In this document: positions 1 through 12,779 of the stretch, one piece after another
How the letters are laid out: the number at the start of each line of letters is the position of its first letter
Position numbering within the stretch: position 1 is the first letter of the stretch
DNA from: Tubiluchus corallicola
Taxonomy: Eukaryota; Animalia; Priapulida
NCBI GenBank assembly: GCA_030141605.1
Contig: JAQGDQ010000130.1
Coordinates: forward strand, 329,974-393,973
Direction: 5' to 3'
Length of the DNA stretch: 64,000 bases
Translations under genes and position numbers: made by a program
The notes under the pieces: model-generated
The model's database searches: none
What the model was told of the DNA's origin: nothing
What the model saw: only the letters and a program-made list of their open reading frames with translations

Positions 1-2876
1 CGGTACACATTTGCCAAATGCCACTGCATACCCTGTTGACTCTAAAAGTGATAGTGCCGATGTTTTGTCTGCGGATCATATTAGTGATGTATTAAATACT
101 TCAAACGAAACTAGTGCCACTCAAGATGTCTCTACACACACCAAGATTGGGTCACCAGCGACCAGTGAAGGCAGTGACCTTGAAATCGTTGACAAAGCAG
201 CTGGAACGTCGTTTGAATTATCGGCAGATGTGGTAGAAGTATCAAGAAATGTTCAGGAAGGCCCCCGTGAAGTAGTTGATAAGAATTTTCCAGTTCAAAA
301 ACTAACTGAATTAAAAACAAAAGAAAAAGGTGACATGGTGGTGGTAGGCAATTCAGTCTCTTCTTCTTCTGAAAGTAACGGTGGTAAAGGTTGGTATTGC
401 TGTGTTGTAATAACTTATGAAATGTAGAAATATAGGACGTCATAAACACTCAACGCTTTTTAAATGGTCTAGAAAAACATTTATGTATAATTTTATTATC
501 AGCATTACTGATTAATAATGGATTATACCCACTATTATTAAATGTTTGAAGGCAAACCGAGAAAGGAGAAAATAGGAAAAGGCTTGACTGAGTTTAGGTT
601 TGAACCCTGGAGTTTTGGACAACTAAGCAACAAAACCAAAACCACTTGTGATCATGGCAATTCTTAATTCAATTCTAACAGCTCAACAAATAAAACACAT
701 TTTCAAGTGTTAAATTATCAATTAATGTTGGAAGGTTTATTTTATCAATTAATAATCTTGGAATTAAGATTATGAATAATTAATTTACTGCCCATACATT
801 ATTGTAAGCTTTAATTTAATTATAATCAGTTAACAATTACTCAGAGCACGAATAAATGAAGATATGGATTTGTTGAATTGGTTGCCCATTTTGGCCACAA
901 AATAATGTGAACTTCAAAGGTTGGCATTTCATATCTGGTCTTGAGCTTTTGCTTCTTCATATTTCCTTTGTTTCGTAATTGTTATAATTGTGAGTTTACT
1001 TCTTCATTTTAGATAAAATGAAATTAATATAAAATTTCTAATTTTTAATACGAAACATCTACATACAACAAGGCTCGTCTGAATTGGCATCTTGAATAAT
1101 TTAATTTTGATGTGAGTTTATCAACATGTTTTGTTGAGATTTTTATTATGCGCTTTTGCTTATATTGTCCCTTGATAAAAATATTATTTCCATGTAGCTT
1201 TGAGTACACTGTCTGTGTGCATTATAGCAGCAGTTTATGGATTATATCAGCGCTAGAAGAGGAATCCTTGGAACTGTATATTGAGGGTTCATTTGCATTC
1301 TAAAACTGTCAAATTTGGCTTTGACATCTTACTGTTATTTAGTTCACTTTCAATAAGCCTTTTCACATTTCCAGCAATTGATGATGATCGTGAAAAGCTC
1401 AAAGGTTAAGTGAACCTAACAACGATAATCTGAACCAAACAACGCATTTGTTTACACTTGACAATGTCTTGCCGCCCACGAGGATTGCTGCTATTATTTA
1501 GCTAGCTGTTTTTGGATAAGAATAATATGTTAGTTTAAAACTATACACACGTAGTATAATAATAAAAATAACCACGTGTTTCACCAGTTTCACCTACATG
1601 TAGTTACGTACGTAAGGTCACACTGTTGTAGTTAAGTAAGATGCACTGGGTTTTATTAACCTTTGACCTGCAGGAACTGTGCGTGTGCATAGCGAAACCG
1701 TGAAAAGGCTTACTGAGTCAATTGCTGCCACAAAAAATATGTTGGTTTGGTTAAATAATGATTGGTTATCACAAACGCAGCAAAGAAGCAGATATGTGCT
1801 CTAGTTTCTTTTTTCCAAATTTTGCCGTTTTCTTCTCAGAAGCTGATTTGGATGATGAATGGGATGAAGATGTGGAAGTGACAGAAGCTGATTTAGCACA
1901 AGCACGTGAAGCTGCAGCTAAGCTGACCACTGACCAACAGCTAGATTTAGAGGTGCGGTTTTGCTATTTTTGCATATGTAATGTAATGTTTATTCTTCAG
2001 TTGTCTTCATTGTGCTTTTATAGTGCCGTGAAAATCAAGGAAACCATCTAAAAACAAAAGATGTCATTAGCTTGTTTTTTAATCAGGTGAGGTCGTGTTA
2101 ATCAAAAATTCAAATGTAATGCTCGTTTTTTCAAATCTTTTCACCCAATCCCATTCTTTGACCTTCTGCCAAGTTCTGGTTGTCATAATTGAAATTAATA
2201 ATATTGGTGTTTATAAATGTCAATTCATAAATATTTTGTCGAGGTAAGATGTTGTTGATTAAATGTGGAAGAAAAATGAGAACTGTTTTTACGTTTCCTT
2301 TTTAAAATATAACACGAAGTGGTCATTTACTTTAATTTTAGTTTGCATATTTTTTTGTTTAGACCTACTAGGAGTTTGCTCTTTCTTCTAATACTCTTGC
2401 ATTGTGTGTTCTTCTGACACTCTATGCACTGTTCTACTGGCACTCTGTGTTCCATTCTTCTGGCACTTGTGCTCTGTTATGATACCTTTCTCACCGCTCT
2501 ATGTAACCATGTTTTTCCTAAAAGTTTCCAAAATAGTATTTGAAGGTGTTGTACAAATTTTTGAAATCAGAATGGCAAAATAATTATGCATTCATGTATT
2601 TGTTGACATTTTTTACAGTTCAGCATTCTGCAAACCTTACTCAATGGCAGGCCTATTTAATTTACACAGTGTTGTGGCAGGACTGGAACTTCCTTCATTA
2701 TCAGTAGTGATCTTCTAATTAGAGCAGCAGATGTCTTGGTCACATTGGGATTCCTATACATCGTCTCTTAATAAAACTGTACCATTCAAGAATGGCGTAG
2801 CTTCATTTTGAAAAGCTCTTAATGAAAACAAATTTTTTATATTTTTCAGGATGATGATTGGGAGAATTGGAGTTGA
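1..2876 (+). CDS. 3' part of a probable BSD domain-containing protein 1 (BSDC1-like) gene; 5' end lies outside the window
   Basis: Frame-consistent exons <1-389 (donor AAAG|GTTGGT), optional 1375-1404 (AIDDDREKLK), 1840-1952 (ADLDDEWDEDVEVTEADLAQAREAAAKL...) and 2850-2876 (DDDWENWS*). The acidic Trp-containing C-terminus resembles my recollection of the BSDC1 tail (EDWEKDFDLDMTEEE...EWEDWE). The BSD domain itself is not in the window, so the family call is tentative. Confidence 0.55.
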
Positions 2877-3699
2877 AAGGTCCATATTTTAGTAAAACTG
2901 TAAACATCTTCTGAATTCTGTACTTCTGCAAATAGATTCTGAATACAAAAAATCTTTTATAAGATTAAAAATTATGTGTCTATTAAATATCTGTTTTTTA
3001 CTTATTGAATTGATATCTCAATTCAGATCTATATGAAGTGATCACTCTTGTCATATGTTGTTCATTGTGTATTAGGGTCACAAAACTCACAGGGCACACA
3101 CGTAAGGGGATTTGTGTCTTCCACTCGAGATTAAAGGTTTCGTTAGACTGGCCCCCCTCCCATAGGTTTTGAGCTAGCACTGCCTATAAAAATATTTTCC
3201 ACTAGGGTCCAAAAACTAAAATGGGGGGATCGGTAACTGAAATTCTTCGAGTGCTGAGCAACAGTTGTTATCAAATGAAAGATCACAATGAGACAAATTC
3301 AGTAATTTGAGCTGCAGCTTGGTTGACCTGACTCCAATGGTGGATAACTGAAATTGGGGGTCAGGAATGGATCCAAGCCATTTTTGATAGATTCTTGTTG
3401 ATTTATAACTAGTAATCTCACTGCTGGTAAGAAAAGTGGTTCTTTTCGTGAACAGAGTCTTACCAAATTTAGCAAAAAAAATTGTCTCATGATTAAATTT
3501 AGTGGGATTTAACGATAAATGGGGTATTAGCAGTACAGTGTTTAACTATCAGTTTAGGGTTGTTTTGTATATAAGAATTATATATCAAGTTGTTCAATAT
3601 GTAAATTATTGTGCCTATTCACTGCCAATTCAGTGATTTCACACTGTGTTAGCACTTTGACAGCACTATGTTGTGGCATTTTTCCCGTAACTGTACCTA

Positions 3700-3875
3700 C
3701 AGTCAAACCTTATTATAACACCTCCCTTTATAATGTACCAACTTCGCTTAATGCCCAGATTTTTGCAAAACAAAATATCTATGTTTGCATAGACGTGTAT
3801 GTATTAATGCCAAACTCACTGTATAATCAACTTTTTTTGCAGCCCCAAAGTAGGCGGTATAAAGAGGTTTGACTG
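3700..3875. mobile_element. Tc1/mariner-pogo (Tigger-like) MITE
   Basis: TA|CAGTCAAACCT ... AGGTTTGACTG|TA gives terminal inverted repeats with TA flanks. A related copy is at 19450-19619. Confidence 0.8.
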
Positions 3876-5234
3876 TAGTTCGTTTCATAAGTATGTCAGA
3901 TCGGTAAATGAAAACTTACAAAGAATACTGTCACACATTTTAAATGGGGAACAACATCATTTGCTGTAAGAGATGATGTTTAGTTATCGGCTTTGTACAG
4001 TATTTGGATTAATTAAATAGCATCTGTCTTCTGACTGAAGCAAAGGAAGCTGCAGCAGGAAACAGCTGCTTCCTTGATTACTTTCTGATATCCGAAAGTT
4101 GTTTTATTTAGGTTTGCAATACTTTTTATTTAGAGTACAAAAGCTAAGACCTACAGTGTATTAAAAGCATTTAGCAAAAAAAAAAAACAAGATTGTATTA
4201 TAAATAAAATAGATTTCGTTTATTGCTAAGACCTTGTCGGTTTATCAAGTTACAATTTTCTAAACAGTCTACTATTCTCAGAGTTAACCCAACGTGAATA
4301 TTCTTTTTTTGTGATTTGCACAGAATTAACGAAAAGTTGTGAAAACATATATATCATTGTAATTTACAAAATCACTTTACATAGACATTATACTTGAATA
4401 GTCTAATACATAAAATATTCAAATTTCATTCTGCTAAATCAAAGGTACACCTGCATTGCACGTGCACACGAAAAAAACCCTGACATGTTTACACTAAACA
4501 ACTCATGTAAAATAACACATTAATGATTGAAAAAATCCTGTAATCCAAGCTTCAACTTTTGACAAGAGATTCATATAGTAGATGCAGGCTTACACAAGTA
4601 AGAATACTGCAATAGCAGAAAGCTTTCCTAAAAGTGTTACAAAATGCAATCATGATGTTATTTTATGCATAAAATGCATAATAATCTGATCATTTGTGTA
4701 CTTAAGTTAAAAAATTAACTAACAGCAGCTCTAAATGTGAGCTTATAAAATATAATTATAATAAAATCAGACCTATATAAACACTACACATGATCATAAA
4801 ATAAAAACGAGAAATTTAGAATACCATTAGGTGAGAAATTATAGGCACTAATAACAAAAAACAACTTTTTCATCACAGTAAGCCACATCACTATGCAATG
4901 GCATACATCGCATCACGTTAAGCACCCACTATCAACAATGTAAATGAACAAACACTTCATATAAAAAAGTTCCACATAATATTTTGTTCTGCTATGGAAA
5001 ATAAAGGGTTTGCACCAGGAGAAGTGACTGGTAGTATATTTTAGTAACTCATATTAGTCATTACTCTTACAAGGTACACAAGTGATTTGTCAGTCCTTTT
5101 TGGAACAAAAAGGGAGAGATTATTTACAAAAAAATGTAAGCACATTTCACCAATGAAAGAAGAAAAAGCAATTACTTGGCAAAGGTACAAATATTGTTAC
5201 ATTGGTTTTGTACAAATGTAAGTTTGATTGTATT

Positions 5235-8200
5235 TTAAGTTACTTGTACCGTATTTGGTATTATTAAACAACTTGTTGCATTTTGTATTTGCACAGAGTC
5301 AGATGCATTTTGAGTTAGTAGCTGATTTGCTGCATTTCCCACAGGTAAAAGGATTGTTGCATTTTGTGCTTGGCCAGAGTCCATTGCATTTTGAGTCAGT
5401 ATAGATCTTGTTACATTCTGTATCTGTACAGAGTCTGTTGCATTTTGAGTATATACAGAATTTGTTACACTCTGTTTTGAGATGGAGATTGTGCTACTCT
5501 GTTTTACTAGTACTGGTTGAATTGAAATAGACTTTTGTTCAGTGCATTTGGCAAAAAATGCAGCGTCATTTTGTGGTCTATAATCCTGTAGAATATTATG
5601 ATATTGAAAGTCATTTTGTGATTTAGATGTTTTTAGTTGTTCAAAAAAGCCGCCATCTAATTCTGGAAACTTCTCCGGCACAGAAGCTTCTTTGTCACAA
5701 CCTGTTGTATCGTGCTCTTCGTCAACAGAAATTTTTGTGGGAATGCCACAGTTGTGAGAGTCATTCCCTTTCAGGTGTTCAGCGACATCATCATCATCTG
5801 TGCTGTGAATCTTAATTTTTCTAGCTGTATCACCTTTCTCACACAATACCTGAGACCTCGTCTTTGCAAGCAGGCTAAATTGCCTGATCAGTTTTGAGAT
5901 ATTATTTTGCCTAAAATTTGCACCAATGCTTTCATTGTGTCCATTGCGGTCAGTTTTATCCAGGTTGCAATTTCTATCCCTTATCAATGTTCGCGCAGGG
6001 CTCGGTCTATTATGGCTTAAACGCCGCTTCAAGGCAGAGAACTTATTATAACCAGGCTTTGTCATTTCAATACAAGTCTTTTCAAGTTCCTCAGTTAAAA
6101 TCTGTGGATCTAAAGGTCTGCTGTTTGCAGGGTTAGTCGCTACATGCTCATTGCCATCCATGACAGGTATGCTCAAGTCAAAATCTTGTGGGAACAAATT
6201 ACGAATATCAACGACAATATCTTCGTCTTCCTCGTTGGCATTAGATTCCGAAAATTTTCTATCAGAATGGTCAACACCTGTCGAATGATTGGCAGAAAAA
6301 TCGATTGCTAATGAACAATCGTTAAATTTTTTATCTTCTTGTTTGCATGGCGGAGAAAAACTGGCAAAGGCAGAGTCGTGAAGAATGGAATTGTTCACAT
6401 TAAGGGGTTGAGTTGAGTTTGGAACGCAGCACACTTCCGTGCAATATGGTGGAGGCAGTGGAGACGCAGGTTCCATGTATTTCATTGCTTCCACAGTAGG
6501 ATCGGATGCAGCAGCAGGTGAGCCTTCCATCGACGTTGTCTGGGATCGTGGGGCAAAATGCACCTGTACATAAAATTACCAGTTTTAATTAACTAGCCAA
6601 TAAGCAGGTGTATAATATACAGGCCACTGAGCTCAAAGTTACTGTTAGCATCATAAAAAAATTTTAAATGTTTTTCAAAAATGAAACCTGTTTATTAGCA
6701 AAATAATGTCTTATCTTAATAAGATGTTAGTATTTCTGCAGAATACAAGCTTTTCCTCATCATAAACCTCTTGCACTGCAATAATTTTTCACAGTTACCA
6801 CGAACACAATTAACTTGGCTCAATTATTAGTCTTTTACACTGATTTCATATACACTGAAATAAGGTATGCGCAAAATATTCCTTGCACAGTATCAAAATA
6901 ACCAAAAATTTCATTTTCTTGTGTCTGAAATTCAAAGGGTCGATAAAAAACTTGAAACAAGAAATGGCAGTGAAATGTGAAGTACCTCTAACATAGCATT
7001 GCTAAACTTGATCCTGTTACCAGTACCAGGTTTGCAAAGGTGTATAGGTCCAGTAGGGTGAAAAAATCTGTAATACAGTAACATGCTGATTCCACCTAAA
7101 ACAAAAGACATACATACATACATATATATACACATACAGTAAGCACAATTGTCCTAGAGTCTATTACACGTTTTGCACTCAGTACCTACATTAAAATGAT
7201 CACCACAATCCTTCGCTGGTTATGAACTTGTGAAACCTTTCATAGCAGGAATATTTAGACTGCTATATGTCTTTAATGATTTGCATGCTCGCTACACTTA
7301 CAGAGTTTTGAGGAAAGTTCTTGCTTAACGACATTTACGCATTCCAGCAAATGTCGTTAGAAGATACATTCCAGAGGCAAAAATCAATACTACTTAATTC
7401 ATGTAAATTAAACATTTTATGAGTTTTATTCATATTGCTACTGATTAATTTCTTTCTGCTTGCTTAAAACTACCTATCATTCTTACCAATACATAGCTAG
7501 TGGTTTCTCTTTCGTTGTTAAATGGCAGCTGTTAAACAACAAACGCAATAACAAAACAGACTACAGTAATGCAATATGTACTGTTTTAATGCATTAAATT
7601 GATAAAAAATTTTTTGATAAAATAAAAATCGGTTTTGAGAGCAAAGCAAGAAAATCATCCTTAAAATGAAAAGTGAGTTATTAAGTGAAAAAAAGGTATC
7701 AAATGATCAGCATTGTTAAAACGAAACATTGGTAAATGAGTAATCGTTAAGCGAAGACTTACTGTATTTCAACATAATATTTATAAATATAGTAAAAAGT
7801 ATTATTGAAAAAATTGGTCAGAGGAGAGAAAGGAGAATAAAAACAATGATGACTACTTAGCAGAGTTAAATTTACCGATTAAAAATCCTCCCCAGACAAT
7901 GACAAGAGCAGCGATCGAGAACCAATCACGTCTAAACGTGCCGTACGAATACGCTATCGCCATAAACAATGTGTTTTCGGCCAGCATTACTGTGTCAAAA
8001 GCTAGCAGACGATACCTGGTTATACCTTCCTGCAATCAAAAAAATATGTTCCAAAACAATTAAATAGTTGTAGTCAAAAATCTTGCTTCATCTCTTACAT
8101 ACAGATCAATTTATATAGCAGAATTGCAAGCAAAAATTACACTGTAATTTCCATAACTTACTTGGGTCTTTTGGTTTGTTTATTTTTCCATGAAATATCT

Positions 8201-11200
8201 CAAAATGTTGTAAACAAATTTCAGTAAGTATCTGCATTGCAAAGACTGCAGATAAAGTTTTCAGGTTCAATTCTATAGTAAGCATTTATTCTAAAACACT
8301 TTTTCTTTATTTTCCTTAATTTTAACTTCAAGACAATCAGTTTATAGATCACAACACCATTATTAAATGTAATTTTAACCAAATAGAAACGTTTGTGAAA
8401 ATATTGGACTAAGGCTTTTAAAGGTCTCTGGAATGCCCAATCCCACCTTTACACGCTGTTACTTTTGCTCAAGCTTGACACTTTTGCCACTACACAGTTA
8501 ATTCATCAAGTTTTCTAAAAGATGTAATCTTTCTTAGAGACACATATATGCTGTCTCATTTAAATAACAACTTTTTAATAGAAGAAAACTTTGCAATTTT
8601 TCACACTCGTAATTTTCTTTTAAGCAAAACAATTCTGGATATTGAATTTGTTTAAAATACCTTCAAATTGAAAAAGGAAAAGCAGTAAATGGCAGCAACA
8701 ATAATATTAAACAGACGTTCTTCCCACCACGATTCACAGAAATCTGTTTTCTGAGAAAATATCCACCCAGTCATGACAATCCAGTGTAAGCCTAAATTAT
8801 TAAATATCATAAAAAACATAAACACTTGAAATCAGCTGAATGCAGGACTCCGGAAAAGTTACTAGAGCACTATTGAAAGGTGCCACTCATGAACCTTGGA
8901 AATTTCCATGAGTGCAATAGAAAGGAAGTAGTCAAAAACAACGGATTCTAAGAAAAATGCAAGCCCAAATTTCAAGGACGTAGTAAAAAGTTGGCAGTCT
9001 CTATAATAAACGAACTTGGAAAAGTAGAAATGTCACAATCACATTGGAACATGAAAAATTTCAAAAGCCTAGCAGAGTAATGGTAATCAGGAACATAAGG
9101 CCTTGAATGATCCAAACAACATCATAGAAGGTGGCAATCAAGAATAAAGAAAAGACACTTGGAAAAGCTTCAAGAACACAGTAGAAAAGGTGACAAAAAA
9201 TAGAGATTCTGGGTATGAAAACAGGAAAGGCTCAGAAATGTGGCATCGAGAATGTATGAATCATGTTAAAGGTAGGAGCACCACTGAAAAGTGGCAGTTT
9301 AGATAACTAAATAAAATTAAACTTAACAAGTGTTGGTGACCTTGTATCAACTGTGTTCATGTGTTTATTTGACGAATGCATCACTTACACCTTGACTGAC
9401 AAGATACAACAGATTTTTTTATTCTGAATGCAGCAAGCTTCTTATCAGCAAATAATTTGATATGTTCAATTGTTCACATCACCATGTTGCAATTTTAACC
9501 CAGAATATCCTTTTGACAATGTGATGGACAATAATGCATAACTGGCTGCAAGCAATCACTGGAAAGACAAAGCAGACCTTTAGAAATGACAGCCAATGAA
9601 AGACAGCTCACCTAAACAAAAGCACATCCACCCCTTGAAGACAGCAGCAAACATTACCAGTGCCACCACACGAGAAGCACAACTTCCCATGCGCCATATC
9701 GTCTGCAATACCAGGCCAGTGTAACCAAGTCTCTGCTTGTCCTCTCTCGCATTTCTCATAGATTTACTGTATGCTGCAATTGCCCAAGCCAATGATACAA
9801 GCGAAACAATTGCTGATATACCTAGAAACATAACAACAGTTATCAAAAACCAGTGACGTAATCATTGATTTTTTTGAAGAGTGGAGATTACACTGGTTTC
9901 TAGCCAAGAAACCCATTTCATAGATTGAATGTAAGATTTTGCTGATACGGTAGAATCCACTTAATAAATCAATCTTGGTATGAAGCTAAAATGGATTTAT
10001 TAAGCGACTGGATTTACAAACCGAAGAGACCTAGTAAGTAGCATTTTCTGTGTTAATACAGTGCATGTTGTTTATTTATAAAGCTAAGAGTCAACCCTCA
10101 ATAAACTGCCTAGAAACATTTTTAAGCAAAGTGCAATAATTTATTAGCTTCCGTATGATCAAAGTAACTCACTTAAAATATGTATTGTTTATCTAAGATG
10201 CTATTACTTTTTACATGTATGTGATAAACTGCTTGCCAAGTAAAAAAAATGCAATACATGTAACATTAGCGATGATTCAGCATTCATTTATTTGGATCAT
10301 CAATGTTCTCATGTGTGCAATGATTTATCAGTTAGAATTTGTGTTTTAGTCTAACTTAATTACCTATGTAAAACAAGTATGTCATTATATAGCATGCAGA
10401 TATGTCTAAACAGAACCATGTCAGCGTGGCCTGTTTTAGTGGAAACGGTTTTTCAAAGGTGCGATTAAAAGATGCTACTCGCTTGAGTTCGGTGAAATAT
10501 CTCATTTTAAATTGTCACTGTTCTGCAGTTCACAATGCAGTGTTTACAGCGCATCGTATTCCAGCAGCTGATATAGTAATTCCTGCTTCATCGCTGTCGT
10601 GCAAATTTGTAAACGTGCATAGAACAAAGATGGTGATGTAGCTCAAGTTAAAATGCTGGACAATTGTGTGGTTTACGTAACAATTTTGTGTCTTCACAGC
10701 GCGCAAATGGATTTAAAAAGCGAAGTTTGGTTTTAATAAACGGCTGACTTTACTGGGTTAAAGTATTATACAGTTCCGTTCCAGCAATAGTGGCCACAAT
10801 AAACGGCTGGATTTGCTATCCGTGGATTTATTAAGGGGACTCTACTGTATTTTTGTTCATAAGAACTGAACAATGAAATTATATACAACCCGAAAATCTC
10901 CTGCTGTCCTTGTATTTACCTGTGAGTGGATTCCAGTCACTTGTAGTCGTCATAATATACATTTGTAGTACAAGTTGTGGAGCGCACTCTGTGAACGACT
11001 CAAACAATCTCAACATCGCAACATCTCTCTGTTCTTGGTAGACAATTTCAAAATCATGCAAGTTACCGGTTTTTCTTGCTTTGAAGCCGGCCCTTAAAAC
11101 AGCTAAATACCTGAATAAAAGCAGAAATGGATCACGTTAATATAACTAATAAAATGTTGAATGCCGTTTACACTCAGACAATAGACTATTTATTTTAGGA

Positions 11201-12445
11201 GCTTCTGCCCTAATGGGCGTCATTCAGCTGAACAGACTTGTGCCCTTAACCTAACCGTATCCTCATGTTAACTACTAACTACACAAGTCTGTTCAGCTAA
11301 TGATGCCCATTAGGGCGTAAGCTCCTGAAATAAACAAATAATCTACTATGAGACAGTAAAGAGCATTCAATGTTTTAACAGTGTTAAAGATGACAAGTCT
11401 CAGGAGAGCTCTCTCAATATGCCAGTAGAAGGCTGCATCTATTTTGCCCCACACAAAAAGGTTTACTATCTACCAATATCACTTTTTATGCAGTTTAGTA
11501 CAGCTAAAGGAAACGAAAGCTAGCAATCAATGGGACGGCATGCTACTAATGTTGACATGTGTGCATACGACTCAAAAATTGGAAAATATGTACTCTATAG
11601 TTTAAAAACATTGCCAGTAAAGGCAGTAATCATTGATATATATAAGTATAAAACTTTTTTTACTATTTCCCAAAATTTATACCTATGTGCAGGGCCAAGT
11701 TGTAATACATGTATCAACCATAACCAACTTTTCATAGTGTTGTCTGTGATATGCCAACGAGAACTGAACACTTGCATTACGAGAGATGGCACGATGATGA
11801 ACAGTACGGTGATTGACGACCAAGCTACTTCTCCTTCACGAATGTACTGCACAGCTACCATAATGTCTGAAAATATTAAATATTATAAAAGTAATGCTTG
11901 AGTTCTATAATTCCAGTAAATAAGGTGTTAATGTTAAAACTCGAAGTGTGAGAATTAATCAATTTAATTTTTATTCAGGCCACAAACCTCTGTTCATCTT
12001 TAACCAACAGCTAATAAGATTGAATTATTGATTTAAAAGATATACACGATAATTAATTATTATGCATAACAAAATAACTAAAACTAAGAGTAAGAGACAC
12101 CACAGACGAAAAATATCTCAGTATGCCCATTAAATTCGAAAAACATCAAGTTTATATGAATAATTACCATGTCATTTTTTATCATTATCACATTCAGTAC
12201 AATATAGCGACATTCAATACATGGTAACATCATGCTACGGTATCTTACAGAAAAAAACTTGCTATGTTAATTATTTAATCTGATATTGAAAATTTGCAGT
12301 TCTTTTACTTATATTATAATTATACTATACATAATTGTGTATACACCACACCGGTTGTAGTATCAGCCAAATACGTAGAGAGAGAAAACAGCACAAACGA
12401 AGCGTCTAATACGGTGAAAGTTGGAATCCATTCATCACGTTTCAT
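5235..12445 (-). CDS. XK-related protein (XKR/CED-8 family phospholipid scramblase-like), 8 coding exons, 800 aa
   Basis: Exons 12445-12352, 11866-11683, 11110-10920, 9821-9612, 8791-8661, 8029-7876, 7095-6986 and 6563-5235 all have GT-AG introns and join in frame (2403 nt). XK-family motifs are YLADTTTDIMVAVQY, DVAMLRLFESFTECAPQLVLQMY, SLVSLAWAIAAY, SRVVALVMFA, QKTDFC, FFNLKEG, MLAENT and LLYYRFFHP. Confidence 0.9.
9948..10847 (-). mobile_element. Non-autonomous pogo/Tigger-like DNA transposon filling most of XKR intron 3
   Basis: TA|CGGTAGAATCCACTTAATAAATC ... GATTTATTAAGGGGACTCTACTG|TA, with subterminal GGATTTATTAAG repeats. The minus strand carries a PLKQATLTWF remnant resembling Tigger transposase C-termini. 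Confidence 0.7.
11151..11376. mobile_element. Palindromic (foldback) MITE in XKR intron 2
   Basis: Inverted arms of about 90 bp (AGGAGCTT..GCCCTAATGGGCGTCATTCAGCTGAACAGACTTGTG versus CACAAGTCTGTTCAGCTAATGATGCCCATTAGGGCG.AAGCTCCT) surround a loop of about 40 nt containing CCTTAACCTAACC. Confidence 0.8.
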
Positions 12446-12779
12446 CTTCAATCGGAAACTTTTGAATTTTTAGTTTAACGCCACATTGCAATTGAAGTAG
12501 CCTAAGAGTAGAACCACACGTTGACATAGAGCAATAAACACCCTGTTTATGTTTCGCGCTAATTTAATTTTCTATGGCAGTGCCATCTCGTGGTCAAAAT
12601 AAATATAAAACAGTGAAATAATAAAACATAAAAATATAATGGAACAAAATAAAAATTAACATAGTAAAAAACAACATTTCTGTACAGTGACTGCAGATGC
12701 ACTGCAGATGCCGTACATGAAGAGTATGATTTATTATCAGTTATATGTACTACATTGTGACACATTATTTCTATTACTG

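Noticed and set aside
8830-9300. Purine-rich, coding-like intronic stretch (similar patches at 26680-26950, 34620-35140 and 61530-61880)
   Set aside because: Probably old retroelement debris, but I could not read a diagnostic motif, so none were annotated.
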